Shown: one piece after another, positions 24,673-36,985 of the stretch
How positions within the stretch are numbered: the first letter of the stretch is position 1
How the letters are laid out: every line of letters starts with the position of its first letter
Origin: Callorhinchus milii
Taxonomy: Eukaryota
Reading direction: 5' to 3'
Assembly (NCBI RefSeq): GCF_018977255.1
Contig: NW_024704743.1
Location: 107,820,001-107,884,000 of the forward strand
DNA length: 64,000 nt
Program-made: the position numbers and the translations under genes
The notes under the pieces: model-generated
What the model was told of the DNA's origin: nothing
Database searches by the model: none
Seen by the model: the letters and a program-made list of their open reading frames with translations, nothing else

Positions 24673-24986
24673 GGAGTCTTGCATGTCAGTAGTTAGAGCA
24701 CTCGCTTTGCAAGCGAGACACCTGGGTTCAATTCCAGGCAGGGCGAAACCTTGGGCAAGTTTCCTTACTCCACATGCCCAATAATAATCCCTCCAAAACA
24801 AAACAATAATAAATTGGTCATTTTCAATCCGCGGCTGTTTGTGGGACACTGCTATGCGCAATTGGCTGCTGCGTTTCGCCCACAAATATACGGTCAATTC
24901 ATTTTACAGTCTATTCTGTGAAGTGCTTTGAGACGTCGAGAAGACGTGAAAAGCGCTACATCAAATGCAAGGATTATTATTATTAT
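24673..24986 (+). mobile_element. Young tRNA-derived SINE, full length, short form
   Basis: ggagtcttgcatgtcagtagttagagcactcgctttgcaagcgagacacctgggttcaattccaggcagggcgaaa through to the (TAT)n tail. Confidence 0.9.
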
Positions 24987-25619
24987 ATTACTGCATACGC
25001 TTCTCGCATTATTTTTTTAAAAAATGACAGGAAACATAAGATCCACTCCATTGCAGTTTAATCGGGAGCTGTATGTTTTTTAGAAACCGTTTCATCCCCC
25101 CCTCCCACCCCTCTTCCCAAGGCAGTTAGGCTTCATCTATAATTAATATGGATGTAGATTAGCAGGAAGGCAAGAGCAGAAGGCAAGGGTAGAGACAGCC
25201 AGAGGTCAATGGAGCTGATCAGCCAGCCTCCCAGCTTCTTGAGAGAGTTTCAAGCAGTTTTTTAACCCTTTCCTTCCTGTGATTCTGCTTTGTTTTCTGG
25301 GTTGCCTGGATGGGGTTTCTCGATGCACGACATTATCCTGGCGATAAATTGCCATGGGCTCTCAGATGGTGACCTTTACGCTGGTAAAACCAGATCTCAA
25401 AGAGAATCTTAAACTGTTTGTTAGCAGAAGCCGCTTTTAAGAATCAAACCGTTTACGATGGTTTGAGTGATCTTATCAATCGTGAAGCAACAACTTGCAA
25501 TTATATAACACCCCTCACACAGGGTATCGTTCCAGAGCGCTTGAAAGTAGACATGCCTCCACGCATTCCTTGCGGAGTGTAGGAACAGTGTTATAGTCAT
25601 TGTACAGTGTTAAATTTCT

Positions 25620-26030
25620 TTTTAGCTTTTCTCTTCATCTCTGTAACCCTCCTCCTCTCTTGAAGTCATCAGGATCATTTGCAGTTGGGGCACTGGTACC
25701 TCTCTGTTACTTCTCTGCCACTTGCCCATTCTTCATGTGTGAATTTTTGTTTTGAAAATATATTTTTATTTATAAAGTACTATACATTTTTACATTTGTG
25801 AATCCAGACAGTGAGTGGCTGGCAGCCTATTCACCTGATGGCAGTCGAGCCCGACCCCAACATCCACCCGCGTGCACATTCCAGTCAGGGTTACTGAATA
25901 CGAAAGAGAAGAGACAACCATGATTGACGTTCTATCTCCTTTAACCCCAGGGGCACTGAGGTCAATTGCAGTATCTTTACGCCTTTGCCTAGGCTGGGAT
26001 CGGCTGACTCAGCACAGATAATCCCAAAGT
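25620..26030 (-). mobile_element. Ancient AmnSINE2-like SINE
   Basis: Antisense core cccaggggcactgaggtcaattg...gatcggctgactcagcacag; gacagtgagtggctggcagcctattc; ccattcttcatgtgtga. Confidence 0.65.
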
Positions 26031-26528
26031 CCTACGTATTTTGCTTTCGCGGACATCAGCGAGATTATTGTAAATTATTCTAAATAAGCAGGGAATTTGC
26101 ATAGATCGTCCCTCACAGCCAGCTGTCCCACAGCTAATTTAAAAGCTGCAGGTTATAAACATCCACTGACATTGTCGTGACTTCGCCTTCTGGGGATGGA
26201 GATGATGCTTTAGGTTTGACAGGCAAACCTGCAGGCTGCCCAGACCTCCCTGAAAAAAAAGTTGAGAAGCTGACAGGTAGACTGCAGCCTGCTGGAGATC
26301 GGTGTGAGGATAAAGCTTTGTGTGAGTGGAGTGCACTGGACCAAAACAGTGGGCAGCCGATGAGCACTGGGTTGGGAGGGAGGTGTTGAGCTTTGCAATG
26401 CTGAGCAGATGCAGACTTGTGGATTTTTAAGCTTTAGTCATCACAAAGAGGTTGCTATCAGGTTCACTTATCAGGAAAGAAAAATATTAGCAGAGGAAAC
26501 TACAAGAAGGAAGCTAAAAACAACTCAC

Positions 26529-26706
26529 ATATACTCTGCAGCCGTTACTGGGTAAAAGACCCCTCTGTGCTGCTTCACAACACACTCCTCAGGGAATGAA
26601 CAGAGCAATAATTAGGATGACCACACGGCCCCGATTTCTGGGGACACTCCCAGATGATGTATCCTGTCTTGAGTTCAGCAACAAACTGAGCAAGAACAAC
26701 AAAATC
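26529..26706 (-). other. Candidate 178-nt exon (stops in all three frames)
   Basis: Branch point and acceptor tttctCTGACgggtgtatctgttttag|, donor TAT|gtgagt. Confidence 0.3.
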
Positions 26707-27395
26707 CTAAAACAGATACACCCGTCAGAGAAACACAGCCATTTATCCAACAAGCTTCTCCAGTGGCGCCAGCATCAGGAATTGTTGAGAGTTCAATTTT
26801 TTTTTACGTGTCCCCAGATTTGATTTTCAAAACATGGTAGAGCCCTTCCACAGATTACCCCCTCCTCACCAAAGCCCCCCTCCCAAGGTAACCCTCCCAA
26901 AGTCCCAGTTGTGCTCCACTGGGGCCAAACACCGATTGCAGAAAGTCTTGATCACCAAGAATCTTTTGTCAACAACAACAACTTGCACCCTTCCCAAGGA
27001 AAATGTCTTGGAGAGCTTATTAGTGGGTAATAATACTATAATAATATTACACATCATTATTCTAATAACATTATTAGAACATAGTATTATTATATTAAAC
27101 TTATTGGTTTAGTGTTTGTCAGTATCGCAAAGCATCGTTTTCCTAATGTGCTGTCAGCACTGAGAGAAACATGCAATCAAAGGGCCAGATTGTAAACATT
27201 AATAATTTCCAGGTGTAAATTCCCCATCGCAATCTAACCCTCGAGTTCAGATGACAATAAAGTGATCCAGCTTCGCTCTTCCGGAGTATGAGATCATTAG
27301 AACGCCTGGAATAACAGTTTGTTCTGACCTTGTAACTCTCTCCGAAATATCCATCATTCTTCACTTGTATAACTCTGGTAGCTTCCATGTACCAA

Positions 27396-27709
27396 GGAAT
27401 CCTGTAGCTCAGTGGTTAGAGTACTCGCCTCGCAAGCGAGAGACCTGGGTTCAATTCCCGGCAGGGCGAAACCTTGAGCAAGTTTCCGTACTCCACACCC
27501 CTGATAATAATCCCTCAAAAAAAATAATAAATTGGTTAATTCGATCCACGACTGTTTGTGGAACACTGCTGTGCTCAATTGGCTGCCGTGTTTCACCCAC
27601 AAATATACAGTCAATTCACTTTACAGTATATTCTATGAAGTGCTTTGAGACGTCTAGAAGATGTGAAAAGCGCTATATCAAAGGCAAGGATTATTATTTT
27701 TTATTATTT
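27396..27709 (+). mobile_element. Young tRNA-derived SINE, full length, short form
   Basis: Cloverleaf-capable head tcctgtagctcagtggttagagtactcgcctcgcaagcgagagacctgggttcaattcccggcagggcg followed by body and tail. Confidence 0.92.
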
Positions 27710-27739
27710 ACCAGAGTCAGGAGTTTGCAGCTAAGCAGC

Positions 27740-28035
27740 TAGCGAGCACTGCCGCATTCAACCCAGCTTCCATATTCAACCCATCCTTTGGATGAGGCAT
27801 TAAATCAAGGTCCTGTCTGTCTGTTCAGGTGAATATTAATTTTCTGTGATACTATTTGGAAACAGAAGAGAGTTTCTCCCATTGTCCTGGCCACCAATCC
27901 CCGCAAGTAAACTTCACGGCTGTTGTGAGAAGTGCAAACTGGCTACCATATTCCTTTACGAGTACACAGTCACTACACTTTACAGCAAATATCTATGAAA
28001 TCTTTTGAGATTTTTCAATATTATAGGCTATATTA
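27740..28035 (+). mobile_element. SacSINE1/DeuSINE-like SINE, 3' two-thirds
   Basis: ggatgaggcattaaatcaaggtcctgtctgtctgttcaggtg...gagtttctcccattgtcctggcc. Confidence 0.7.
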
Positions 28036-29264
28036 TAAATTGTATAATTATACAATATAGGCAATATTGCAGTGAACGTGTATTTGTAAGTGAATGTGTC
28101 AGCCAATTTTCAAACACCTATATCTACAAACAGCCATGAAGCTTTGACAATGACTGGGATTTTGTTATAGAAATGATAAAATCCTAATTGGCAGCATGAC
28201 ATTTAAAAATATAGAAAAAATCAAATCCAGATTGACTTTAATAGCCTATGCTCTATCACCCTCTATCTCTCATTCTGACTGCTTCTCTCTTCATAGTCCA
28301 ATCTTCCGTTTCTCATTCTGTCTCCTTCAAAGAGTGCAGCTTGACTCAGGTGGTAGAACTCTATCCTCCTGCATTGTCAGTGGTCCCATACTTCACAAGA
28401 AATGTTAATCTGAGGTCTCATCTGCTGTTCACCTGAGTGTTAAAGATTTCCTCCCCCCCATGTAACTGTTTGAAAAGAATAGTAATTGACTCCCAGTGTT
28501 CTAACCAACAACTCCCCAGAATAACCCTTGCCTCATGCCAGGTTGTGGGATTTTGCTGTATAGAATATACAGTAAAGTGAATTGACTGTATATTTGTGGG
28601 CGAAACGCGGCAGCCAATTGAGCACAGCAGTGTCCCACAAACGGTCGTTACTACGCCTGTCAATAATTAAGTCTTTTCCCACACAAATCGTTGAGTTCAT
28701 TCTCACACTTGCCCATTACCCATCATAGGGTTTGAAATGAAGGGTGCAGCAATAGAACTTACAATCAATAACTTACACAGCGAAGTACTCTGATGAGGCA
28801 CCGATAAAAATGACGCTCTTTTCTTTGTTATCTCTCTCTCTCTTCACACAACTTTCTCTCTCGCCAGCCCAGCTGTGTCCTACTGACAGACTGTTCCTCT
28901 CACACACACAGAGTACAAAAGGAGAGCAGTGGCAGTGGCGGTTCCATCACAAGATGTAGGACATTAAAAAAACAGGAGCGGCTGGAAATGTTTCATCGCA
29001 AATAATTCCCCCATATGTATGTCCTGGGAGATGTCTTTGATTTCATGAGTCATCCTCTCTCGTGGTAACCCACCACTGTTTCAGGTCTCTGCTTGTTTCC
29101 AGAGGACCTTTGATGTCTTATATTATGGGAGCAGACTGAATGTGTCCTGCAGCTCAATTCATTTCTGCAGGGGTTGATGCTGGAATCCATGGCACCCGAG
29201 GCTCGATATTCTTTATAGTTTTAGCCTTAAAATTTGAGAGGCCTGTGTAAAATTTTGGAACAAC

Positions 29265-29635
29265 AATAATAATAATAATAATCATAATAACCCTAGCATT
29301 TGATACAGCGCCTTTCACATCAGGAGGACATCGCAAAGTGCTTCACAGAATGACCTGTAAAGTGTCGTTTCTCTGAATTTTGTGGGCGAATTTTGTGCAA
29401 CCATTTTACACACAGCAATATATTATAAACACCCATGGAGTCAATGACTAATTTTATCTGGGGGAATGTTGGCCAGAACACCAGGAGAATCTTTCTTCTC
29501 TTTTCCGATAGTGCCATGGAATCTTGAATGACCACCTGAACAGGCAGATAGGACCTCGAGTTTTAATGGCTCATCCAAAGGACGGCACCTTCATTAATGC
29601 AACCCACCCCCAGTACTGCATTGGAGTGTCAGCGG
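29265..29635 (-). mobile_element. SacSINE1/DeuSINE-like SINE
   Basis: (AAT)n tail, antisense Deu core, ctcatccaaaggacggcacct. Confidence 0.8.
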
Positions 29636-30369
29636 ATGATTTCCCTGGCTATTACCAGTGTAGTTTCTAAAGCCTGATTTCCTGTACCGTATTTCAGTCT
29701 ATCTGAAGAAATGCACCTCTGACAATGCAACACTTAGACTATATGAGTTCCAGCTCAGGACAATAATAACATTTAAAATTACACATGGGAAGAATTCAAT
29801 TACTCTATTTCCATTAAAAAGCTGGCACTTTCACAAAGCATGTCAACCTGAAATGCCAGATACTTAGTGATTCCTGACTCCTGTCTGTGAGTGTGTGTGA
29901 GAGAGAGAATCTTTTTTTCATTTTTTCTCCACTTTCATTTCAATCAATTTCTCTGTGTCTGTTGTATGTCTGTGTCTCTGTACGGGTGAGCATATGCCTC
30001 TTTCTCTGTGTATTTTCTATTTTTCTTCTCTGTATTAAGTCCTTCTTTCTTGCAAGCACATGCAAAACAATTTTGCTCACCAAAAAAATAAAAACTCCTT
30101 GAGCAGACCTTACTTTCTGTCTGTATGACACATTGCACACTCAGTATGAAAGGTCTGTAGCCTTACAGGCAGCAGCAGCTGCGCTCACCAGATGCTTACA
30201 GAACAGTCAGTAGCTGAGTTTGGCTCATACGGCAAACATATGTAAATAAATAGAAACATGTGAAATTTTATGAATACTTACTTAAAATACACCAAATCTT
30301 AATTTAATCTCATGTACCCCAATACTTGCCCACATATAGTAATTTGGCACAAGTGACAGTCTCGCATTC

Positions 30370-30535
30370 ACACATACACACAAAAGCACAGACACATAAA
30401 TATATCCAAACGTGTACGCATGCTCACACACACATGCACAGATACATACACACACATACATAAACACATGGATACAAGCGGAAACAACATATAGACATAG
30501 GCACACAGATGCACATACAGGTACACCCCAACACA
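30370..30535. repeat. Degenerate (CA/TA)n microsatellite
   Basis: cacacatacacaca...cacacatacataaacacatg. Confidence 0.8.
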
Positions 30536-30654
30536 AAAATTAAGGCCCTGTCTGCTAGCTCTTCAGGTGGAAGATAAAGATCCCCGATACAATGCTCAGA
30601 AAAAGAAATTTCTCCCACTGTTCTGGCCAACAGTTCCCCCAGATTAATTGATCC

Positions 30655-31100
30655 GAAAATTGTGGATTCAAGCCCCCACATTGGGACTTTAAACTCACAG
30701 TCTAAGCTCTCCCTCCAATTCAGTGCTCCGATGCTATACTCTGCATTGTTGGAGGTGCCTTCCTTTGAATGAGACATTTCCTGAGGTCCTGTCTGCCTGT
30801 TCAAGTGGACGATAAGGATCCCTGGAGTTGCTTCCCGGGGGTCCCAGCTAAAAATCCCCCAGGCAGAATTGGTCATTCATTTCAGGACTTACTTTGTGGC
30901 ATTTTACTGTGTGCAAATTTGCTGCCAATTGCAATTCACGTGACTATTTCCGATGTGTAGTGCAGCTCGAGTACAGCCAATGAGACACAAATTGTCCATT
31001 CCTGGCCTACAATGTACACAAGTCACTTTGCAGTACATCTCGTAAAGTGTGTCCTCCCGAAGTGAAAGGTGCTACATCGAATAAAAGGATTAATATTATT
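30655..31100 (+). mobile_element. SacSINE1/DeuSINE-like SINE
   Basis: ttgtggattcaagcccc...gcattgttggaggtgcc...gtcctgtctgcctgttcaagtggac...tail. Confidence 0.75.
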
Positions 31101-31409
31101 GTTAGTGTTGTGGGTGGAAAGGCAAGGGTTAAGTTATGGCTGTGGTTGAACCTTCCTGCTGTTCAAAGCATGAGATAATGGGCAGTGGGGTTCCTTGCCC
31201 AGCAGACTGTTGGCGAGACGTGAGGTTAGCTCCAGAGAAAAAATAAAACCAGACATGGACTCTCTCTTTGCGCCTTTCTGATCTTTGCCTGGAAAAAAAA
31301 TGGGAATGTTTGCATCGCAGAAGCGAAAGTTAAGAGATGATCTTATTGAGGCTTCCTGATCTGAACTTAAGTTAAACTGGATTCTACTAATGTATAATTT
31401 AAACGGAGG

Positions 31410-31670
31410 TTCCTTCTGCCGGTTCAGGTGGATGTTAAAGATCCAATGGCACTATTTGGAAAGAAAAGAGAGTTTCTCCCAGTGTCCTGGCCCAAGAATA
31501 CCCCTAATCAAATTGATCATTCACCTCATGGTGACTTTGAGGGACATTGTCTGAAAATTGGCCGCAACATTCACCTACAAATACACAGTTACTATGTGTC
31601 ACAGTAAATCCTGTGAAGTACTTTGAGACATTTTGACAATGTACTAAGTACTATAAAAAAATGTAACAGT
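31410..31670 (+). mobile_element. SacSINE1/DeuSINE-like SINE, 3' half
   Basis: gttcaggtggatgttaaagatccaatggcactatttg...gagtttctcccagtgtcctggcc. Confidence 0.75.
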
Positions 31671-31689
31671 TATAATTAGCTTTATTTAA

Positions 31690-31960
31690 TCAAGAGCTTC
31701 ACAAATAGTCATAGCTTCAAGCTCAAGAGAGCAACGATGAACAGACTTTACACTACACGGCTGATGGTAAATACATTGAACAGTCTGTCAAGGCAGAACA
31801 GTCAAGGCAGTTGCAGCGGACAGCATGAACGTTTTCCAGGGTGAGTTTGATACGTTTTTAATGGTCGGGAGTTGCATGGTGGGGATATGTAAAGTAGAGA
31901 GAGGTGATATTTAGATAGTGAGATCAGCCACCTGTAACTGTCTGGCCTTTTCTGGTTTTG
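31690..31960 (+). mobile_element. CR1 LINE 3' fragment, degenerate
   Basis: gtcatagcttcaagctc...gactttacactacacggctgatggta..cattgaacagtct resembles the CR1 ORF2 end (GHxxKL...FTxRVVxxWNxL). Confidence 0.5.
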
Positions 31961-32639
31961 CACATATTCAAAGTCTTATGTCTTATCCTCCCACTGGTGA
32001 AACATCAAATAGCGGCTGAGTCAGAGTAAACCTTCTGTTGTTTCTACACTTTCTGCTGATTTAAATGCAATTAAAAATGCCGATTAGCACTGGGGATAGC
32101 ACCAATGTCACTTGAGGAGGAATGTAACACAAACATATTTGTGCTGAGCAGGTTGGTTCCTGAGCTTTGCTGTTTGTGACAGCATCAACACACTCAGCAG
32201 GTACCCCTGGAGTGGTGTCTCTCAACGGAATTTTGCACAAACACTGGACCACCTATGTACCCCGATTGTGACCTCCTTACAACGAGATTACGATTTTTTC
32301 ACTAATTGTCGGTGTACAATGCAATTGTCTTTAACATAATTGAGATGGTGGTACTGTTAAGGTTAATTGAGTGCAGTGGGAACACAACTGAATACTAATA
32401 GATTGCTGATCTGCATTAATAGGTGAAGTCTCCAATCTGCATACATATTAGTTAATTCATTGTTGCTTGGGTGCTGTCGAGTATAATTGCCAAGACCTCA
32501 AAAATGAAGTGATCTTTGTTTAATGTAACTATTGGATGTGTACTTGGGTTGGTAATGTCCAGTATGACTATATGGACTGTCTACAGCACAGACTTAGAGG
32601 GAGGTGACGAATAGACAGTTTCAATTAAAATATTATATG

Positions 32640-33050
32640 TAGAATATAGTTAACATGTGGAGAATGTCTTAAAGCGCTTCACAGGATTTACCGTGAAGTA
32701 TAATGACTGTATTTTGTAGGCAAATGTGGCAGCAATTTGCACACAGCAGTGTCCCACAAACTGCCATGAAATAAATTTCCAATTTTATTTGAAAGATTGT
32801 TGGCCCTAGACACTGAGAAAAACTCCCTTTTGTTTTCAAATAGTGCCATGGGATCCTTAATGTCCACCTGAACAGGAAGGCGGGACCTTGGTTTAATGTC
32901 TTATCCGAAGAACATCTGACGGTACAGGATTCCTGCACTGCGTTAGATTCTCAGTCTAGAATTGTGAGCTTGAAGTCCCAACTTGGGGATTGGACCCACC
33001 AGCTTCTAGCCCAGAGGCAAGTCTGTGCCAAATGAGCAAGGTTGACATTC
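32640..33050 (-). mobile_element. SacSINE1/DeuSINE-like SINE, near full length
   Basis: Antisense tail, Deu core (aaatagtgccatgggatccttaatgtccacctgaacagg) and head. Confidence 0.82.
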
Positions 33051-33522
33051 CCTGTTACTACCTAGGATCATTTGGGGGGTGTGGGTGGGGTGGGGGTGTA
33101 AGCTATTGGCCAGCTTTATGATTGCCATTGGATTCTGCAGGGTTTTTGAAGACTGCTCAGCTTGAAGTCAATAGGGTCCTAATGGTTGAACTGATGGTCG
33201 TGCCTGGCAGGATGAAGCGATGAGGACAATTTGTTCTCCAGTTTTGTCTCTTGGCCTGCTATTTTGCACCAATGTTCAATACATTCTTTGTGAGCTAAAG
33301 ACTATGCGCCCTTCAGGATGTGAAAGCTGAGGTAAGTCAACACGCCCCTGTTTACCTAACATAAGTAGGAATCCGATTGTTAGTCAATTGGTGCATCGCT
33401 TTCCGGGTATAATAATCACTTCAATTTTTTTAAGTAATAATAATTTGGTCACTCAATCCACGAATTCTTGTGGGACATTGCTGTGCACAATTGCAAGGAT
33501 TATTATTATTACTGATTATTAG

Positions 33523-33668
33523 CTTTGTGATTTTGTCCCTGTGCAATAATAAATAACTCAAATGCAATTTTAAAATATTAACTATATTTAACGTCAGGTT
33601 ACTTTTAATTCAAAATTGCATTGGAGGAGTTATAGCATTTGTAAGTGCACAAGCATAAATTCGCAAAG
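33523..33668. repeat. Imperfect ~145-bp palindrome, MITE-like
   Basis: ctttgtgatttt...tgtgca...ataactc.aatgcaattttaaa pairs with ttcaaaattgcatt..gagttat...tgcaca...aaattcgcaaag. Confidence 0.6.
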
Positions 33669-34283
33669 TTTACCGGCTGCAGGAAGATAGCATTTAGATT
33701 TTAAAAATCTGCTAGCTCACAGCAGAATACCCCGCCCCACCCACCCCCTCCCCAAACTCAGTGTCTGAGACAGTCTGGTCTGTCTTCTAACTATTGCGGA
33801 GTGACTGTGGAGCCAGGCACAATCCTCCAATTGTTGCAACGGAGTCTGACAAACATGGAATTGGAACTGTGGAAAAGATCAGGATAGCAGCAGTGGTGAC
33901 CTTGTGACGGGGCTGCAGAAATGACCAAATTAAAGGCTGGAACAGTGGCCACAGCATGTGCTCTGCAAAGAACATCTGTGAATCCTAATGGATTTAAGGG
34001 CTGAACTCCCACACCTGTTAAATATTCATTGCCAGTGTCATGTGACACATCTTGCTGCAGATCACGCTTGAACATTTATTGGCGATGACGTCCACTCTCC
34101 ACCTGCTGATATATTGGACCTTCCTCAGAAGGGTGATTAATGAATGCAGCCGCACGCTATCTTTCCATAGTTCACTGAATTGAGCTGCACCAGCTTCTGA
34201 TGCCCTATGAGATGGCTACTTTTTCATCGCCTTGTAGGAGAATTGATGCAAGCATTGGCCTGAACCAAAGACTCACTTAACAG

Positions 34284-34657
34284 TAATAATAATCCTTGCA
34301 ATTGATATAGCCCCTTATCTGGTCTTCAAGACGTCTCAAAGCGCTTCACAGGATATACTGTAAAGTGCATTGACTGTATTTTGTGGGAGAAACATGGCAG
34401 TCAATTGCACACAGCAGTGTCCCACAAACAGTTGTGGATTGAGTGACTAATTTATCATTGATTTTTTTTTGAAGGAATTATTACCCTCGGAAAAGCGATC
34501 CGCCAATCGACTAACAACTGGGTTTCTACTTACTACTAGGTAAACTGAGGCGTGTGGAATAAGGAGACTTGCCCAACATTTTGCCCTGCTGGGAATTGAA
34601 CCCAGGTCTCTCACTTGTGAGGCGAGTGCTCTAACCACTGAACTACGGGGACTCCAC
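34284..34657 (-). mobile_element. Young tRNA-derived SINE, full length, long form
   Basis: Antisense head gaacccaggtctctcacttgtgaggcgagtgctctaaccactga..ggactccac, middle segment, Deu 3' half, tail. Confidence 0.92.
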
Positions 34658-34754
34658 TTCACTTTGAGTGACTCGAAGTGAACCAGAAACAGCAATCAAA
34701 ATAAAAGATTGGGAGATGAGAAGAAATCTTTTTAACTCTGGAGCACTCTCCGTG

Positions 34755-34940
34755 GATCTCTCTTCCCTGCCCCCTCCCTCCTTCCTCATCTTCAGGACGC
34801 GGCTGGGAAGCTTCCTTTTCGACCATGCTTACTGTCACCTGCCCCCCTCTCTCCGATTTGGCATCGTGCTCCGCCACTGTCAAGCAGTCTGGGACGCTAC
34901 GCTGCATGAGGGGTGCTATAAAAAAAGCCAGTTGTTTTTA
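34755..34940 (+). mobile_element. L2 LINE 3' fragment (second tail type)
   Basis: FRTRLGSFLFDHAY; tail gggacgctacgctgcatgaggggtgctata. Confidence 0.75.
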
Positions 34941-34959
34941 CACAGAGAGCTATTACGAT

Positions 34960-35160
34960 GTGAAGCTTCTTACCACAAATATTGAAGTATTGAAAAGGGA
35001 ATCGGATAAATACCTGGAAAAAATAATGAGTATTGGTATAGAGTGGGAGAATGGGATGAGGGTAAATAGCTCCAATAGAGGAGCTCGCACAGACACTGAC
35101 ATAATGGACCAAATGGCCTCCTTCTGTGCTGTAAACATTCTGTAATTTTATGATTCTGTG
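34960..35160 (+). mobile_element. CR1 LINE 3' terminal fragment
   Basis: aaaagggaatcggataaatacctg...atggaccaaatggcctccttctgtgctgtaaacattct. Confidence 0.8.
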
Positions 35161-35719
35161 ATCAAGAAACATTAAAACCAGTATACTGGGGAAGCACATT
35201 ATCAGACGAGGAGTTCTTTGGATGAGACAAACAGAGAGAAGGGAGTTTCTTCCAGTGTTTCTGACTAACAATCCTCCAGATTGATTGATGATTTCCCTTA
35301 CAGCTGTTCACAGGACTTTATATGAAATGTGGGCTACATTTGCCTACCAAAAAAAGTCACTGCATTTGACCATAAGTAACTGGGGAGCACTTTGAAACGT
35401 TACAAGGCACAATAAAAATGTTCTTTTCTTTCTAGGTGTAGCATGGCAGGAAAAGCAACGTTCCATGTCATTTGTTAACACCTCTGCACCTTCCCCCGAC
35501 CTTCCCTTCCCCCCGCATGGGCAAGCTAAACGTGGCGTTGGCTTCTTCAAAATCATGTGTGTGAGTTGGGCTCAGCTTCGCTATGGTCACAATGGGTGTT
35601 GTGGGATACAACTGGAAGCCCTCGGCCTATCCGAGAACAACAAAGTGAAAATAAATTAACAGACTTGTCAAACAGCTTATTGTAGCCGATCAATCAAGTG
35701 CTGAGAATTCCGGATGGGC

Positions 35720-36440
35720 GAGACCATTTTACGTTGTTTGGGATTAATAGTTGGCAGTCGGTGAATAGGTCCTGACTTCACAGCTGCGAGTGTGGTGGTC
35801 ATTCTGAATATTGTGAGCTCTGCTGGGCATTGATATGCAAATCGGGTAACAGTGTGTGGTTTTGTATGTATGGAAGCGGTGTGCGGCGATTAACCCCTTG
35901 AGGCCCGCAGTGGGATTTTCCCACCAGAATGCAATACAGAAAAACAGTCAGGCCCAGACAAAACACAAGCTTGATTTAAAGCATTTGATAATTCAAACAC
36001 ACTATAAGTGTTCACTCCTATTCTTTAGCATTTCTGGTCCAAAACAGCAAATGCATTATCTCTGTGTTCTCTATAAATGCTGCCAAGTGTCTCCTAGAGA
36101 TAGCCGGATATTGTAAAAGTCTAATCACTTGCGGTCAAGGGATTGTTTTTGTTGAGTTTTTTTTCTGCACTGAATTGCTGATGAACTCCGATTGAAAAAA
36201 TTACTGTTTAATCTGGAGTTTGGAGAAACTATTGGCCCCGAAACACTATTTATTAGCAAAACAGTTCATATTTATCAGGATTCATCTATATTCAGAAAAT
36301 TCAGTAAATTAGGATAATGGGGAAATCTATTTACTTGTTGATTTATTTACTGCCTGTAATTATTTATCCAAAGGTGGCTAAAATGGCGGAATCTGTATTT
36401 CCAGGATATCTGTTGCACAAATGAACCTTGGCGTCAATCA
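35720..36440. promoter_or_regulatory. Candidate enhancer/promoter motif cluster
   Basis: Repeat-free stretch with ATGCAAAT (35835), GGGATTTTCC (35912), TGTGGT (35791, 35855), CAGCTG (35781) and AAAATGGCGG (36380). Confidence 0.3.
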
Positions 36441-36639
36441 CTGGAGCACATCAAATGTGAAAACCTGTTAAATGGCATTGACCATCTTGTGTTGGGCATG
36501 TGCACTTTTAACAGTAGCTTACTTGTTTCTTAAGGGGTCAATGGGATCAATTTAATGATGCATTCAATATTCAGCACACTGCATGTTTGATGGATGTGTC
36601 AGAGGTGACTCACCCCCACCCACCTTGCTGCTCTCAATA

Positions 36640-36985
36640 CAACAACAAATTTACATTTATACAGCGCTCTTCATGTCAGGAGCACATCTCAAATGCTTCA
36701 CAGAATCAGCAGAGAGCCAAGTTGATGTTGCTGGTGGTGGAGGGTGGGGGGAAATGAGCAAGGAGGGAGAGGAGAGATGACCAAAGGCTCGATTGATAAG
36801 AACTGTCATGATGGGCTATAAAGGTGGGAAGTGGGGGGGTGGGGAGATGCAGGGATGATGGGTTCCGGGCTTCCGATAGCAACCTCTGTGAAGTCAGGTC
36901 CAAATCTCTGACTGTCCAGCGCCTTGGGATGTTCTCCCAACATAGAAGGCACTATACAAATGTAATTTGTACTTGTCGTTGCCCT
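36640..36985. mobile_element. Two L2 3' ends head to head
   Basis: Antisense tail and UTR at ~36640-36890, sense tail ctgtccagcgccttgggatgttctcccaac at ~36905-36982. Confidence 0.65.

Noticed and set aside
27396..27475. tRNA genes (also 14250-14326, 24673, 34580-34657, 57768)
   Set aside because: Each is the head of a SINE and continues into SINE body without an immediate T-run terminator
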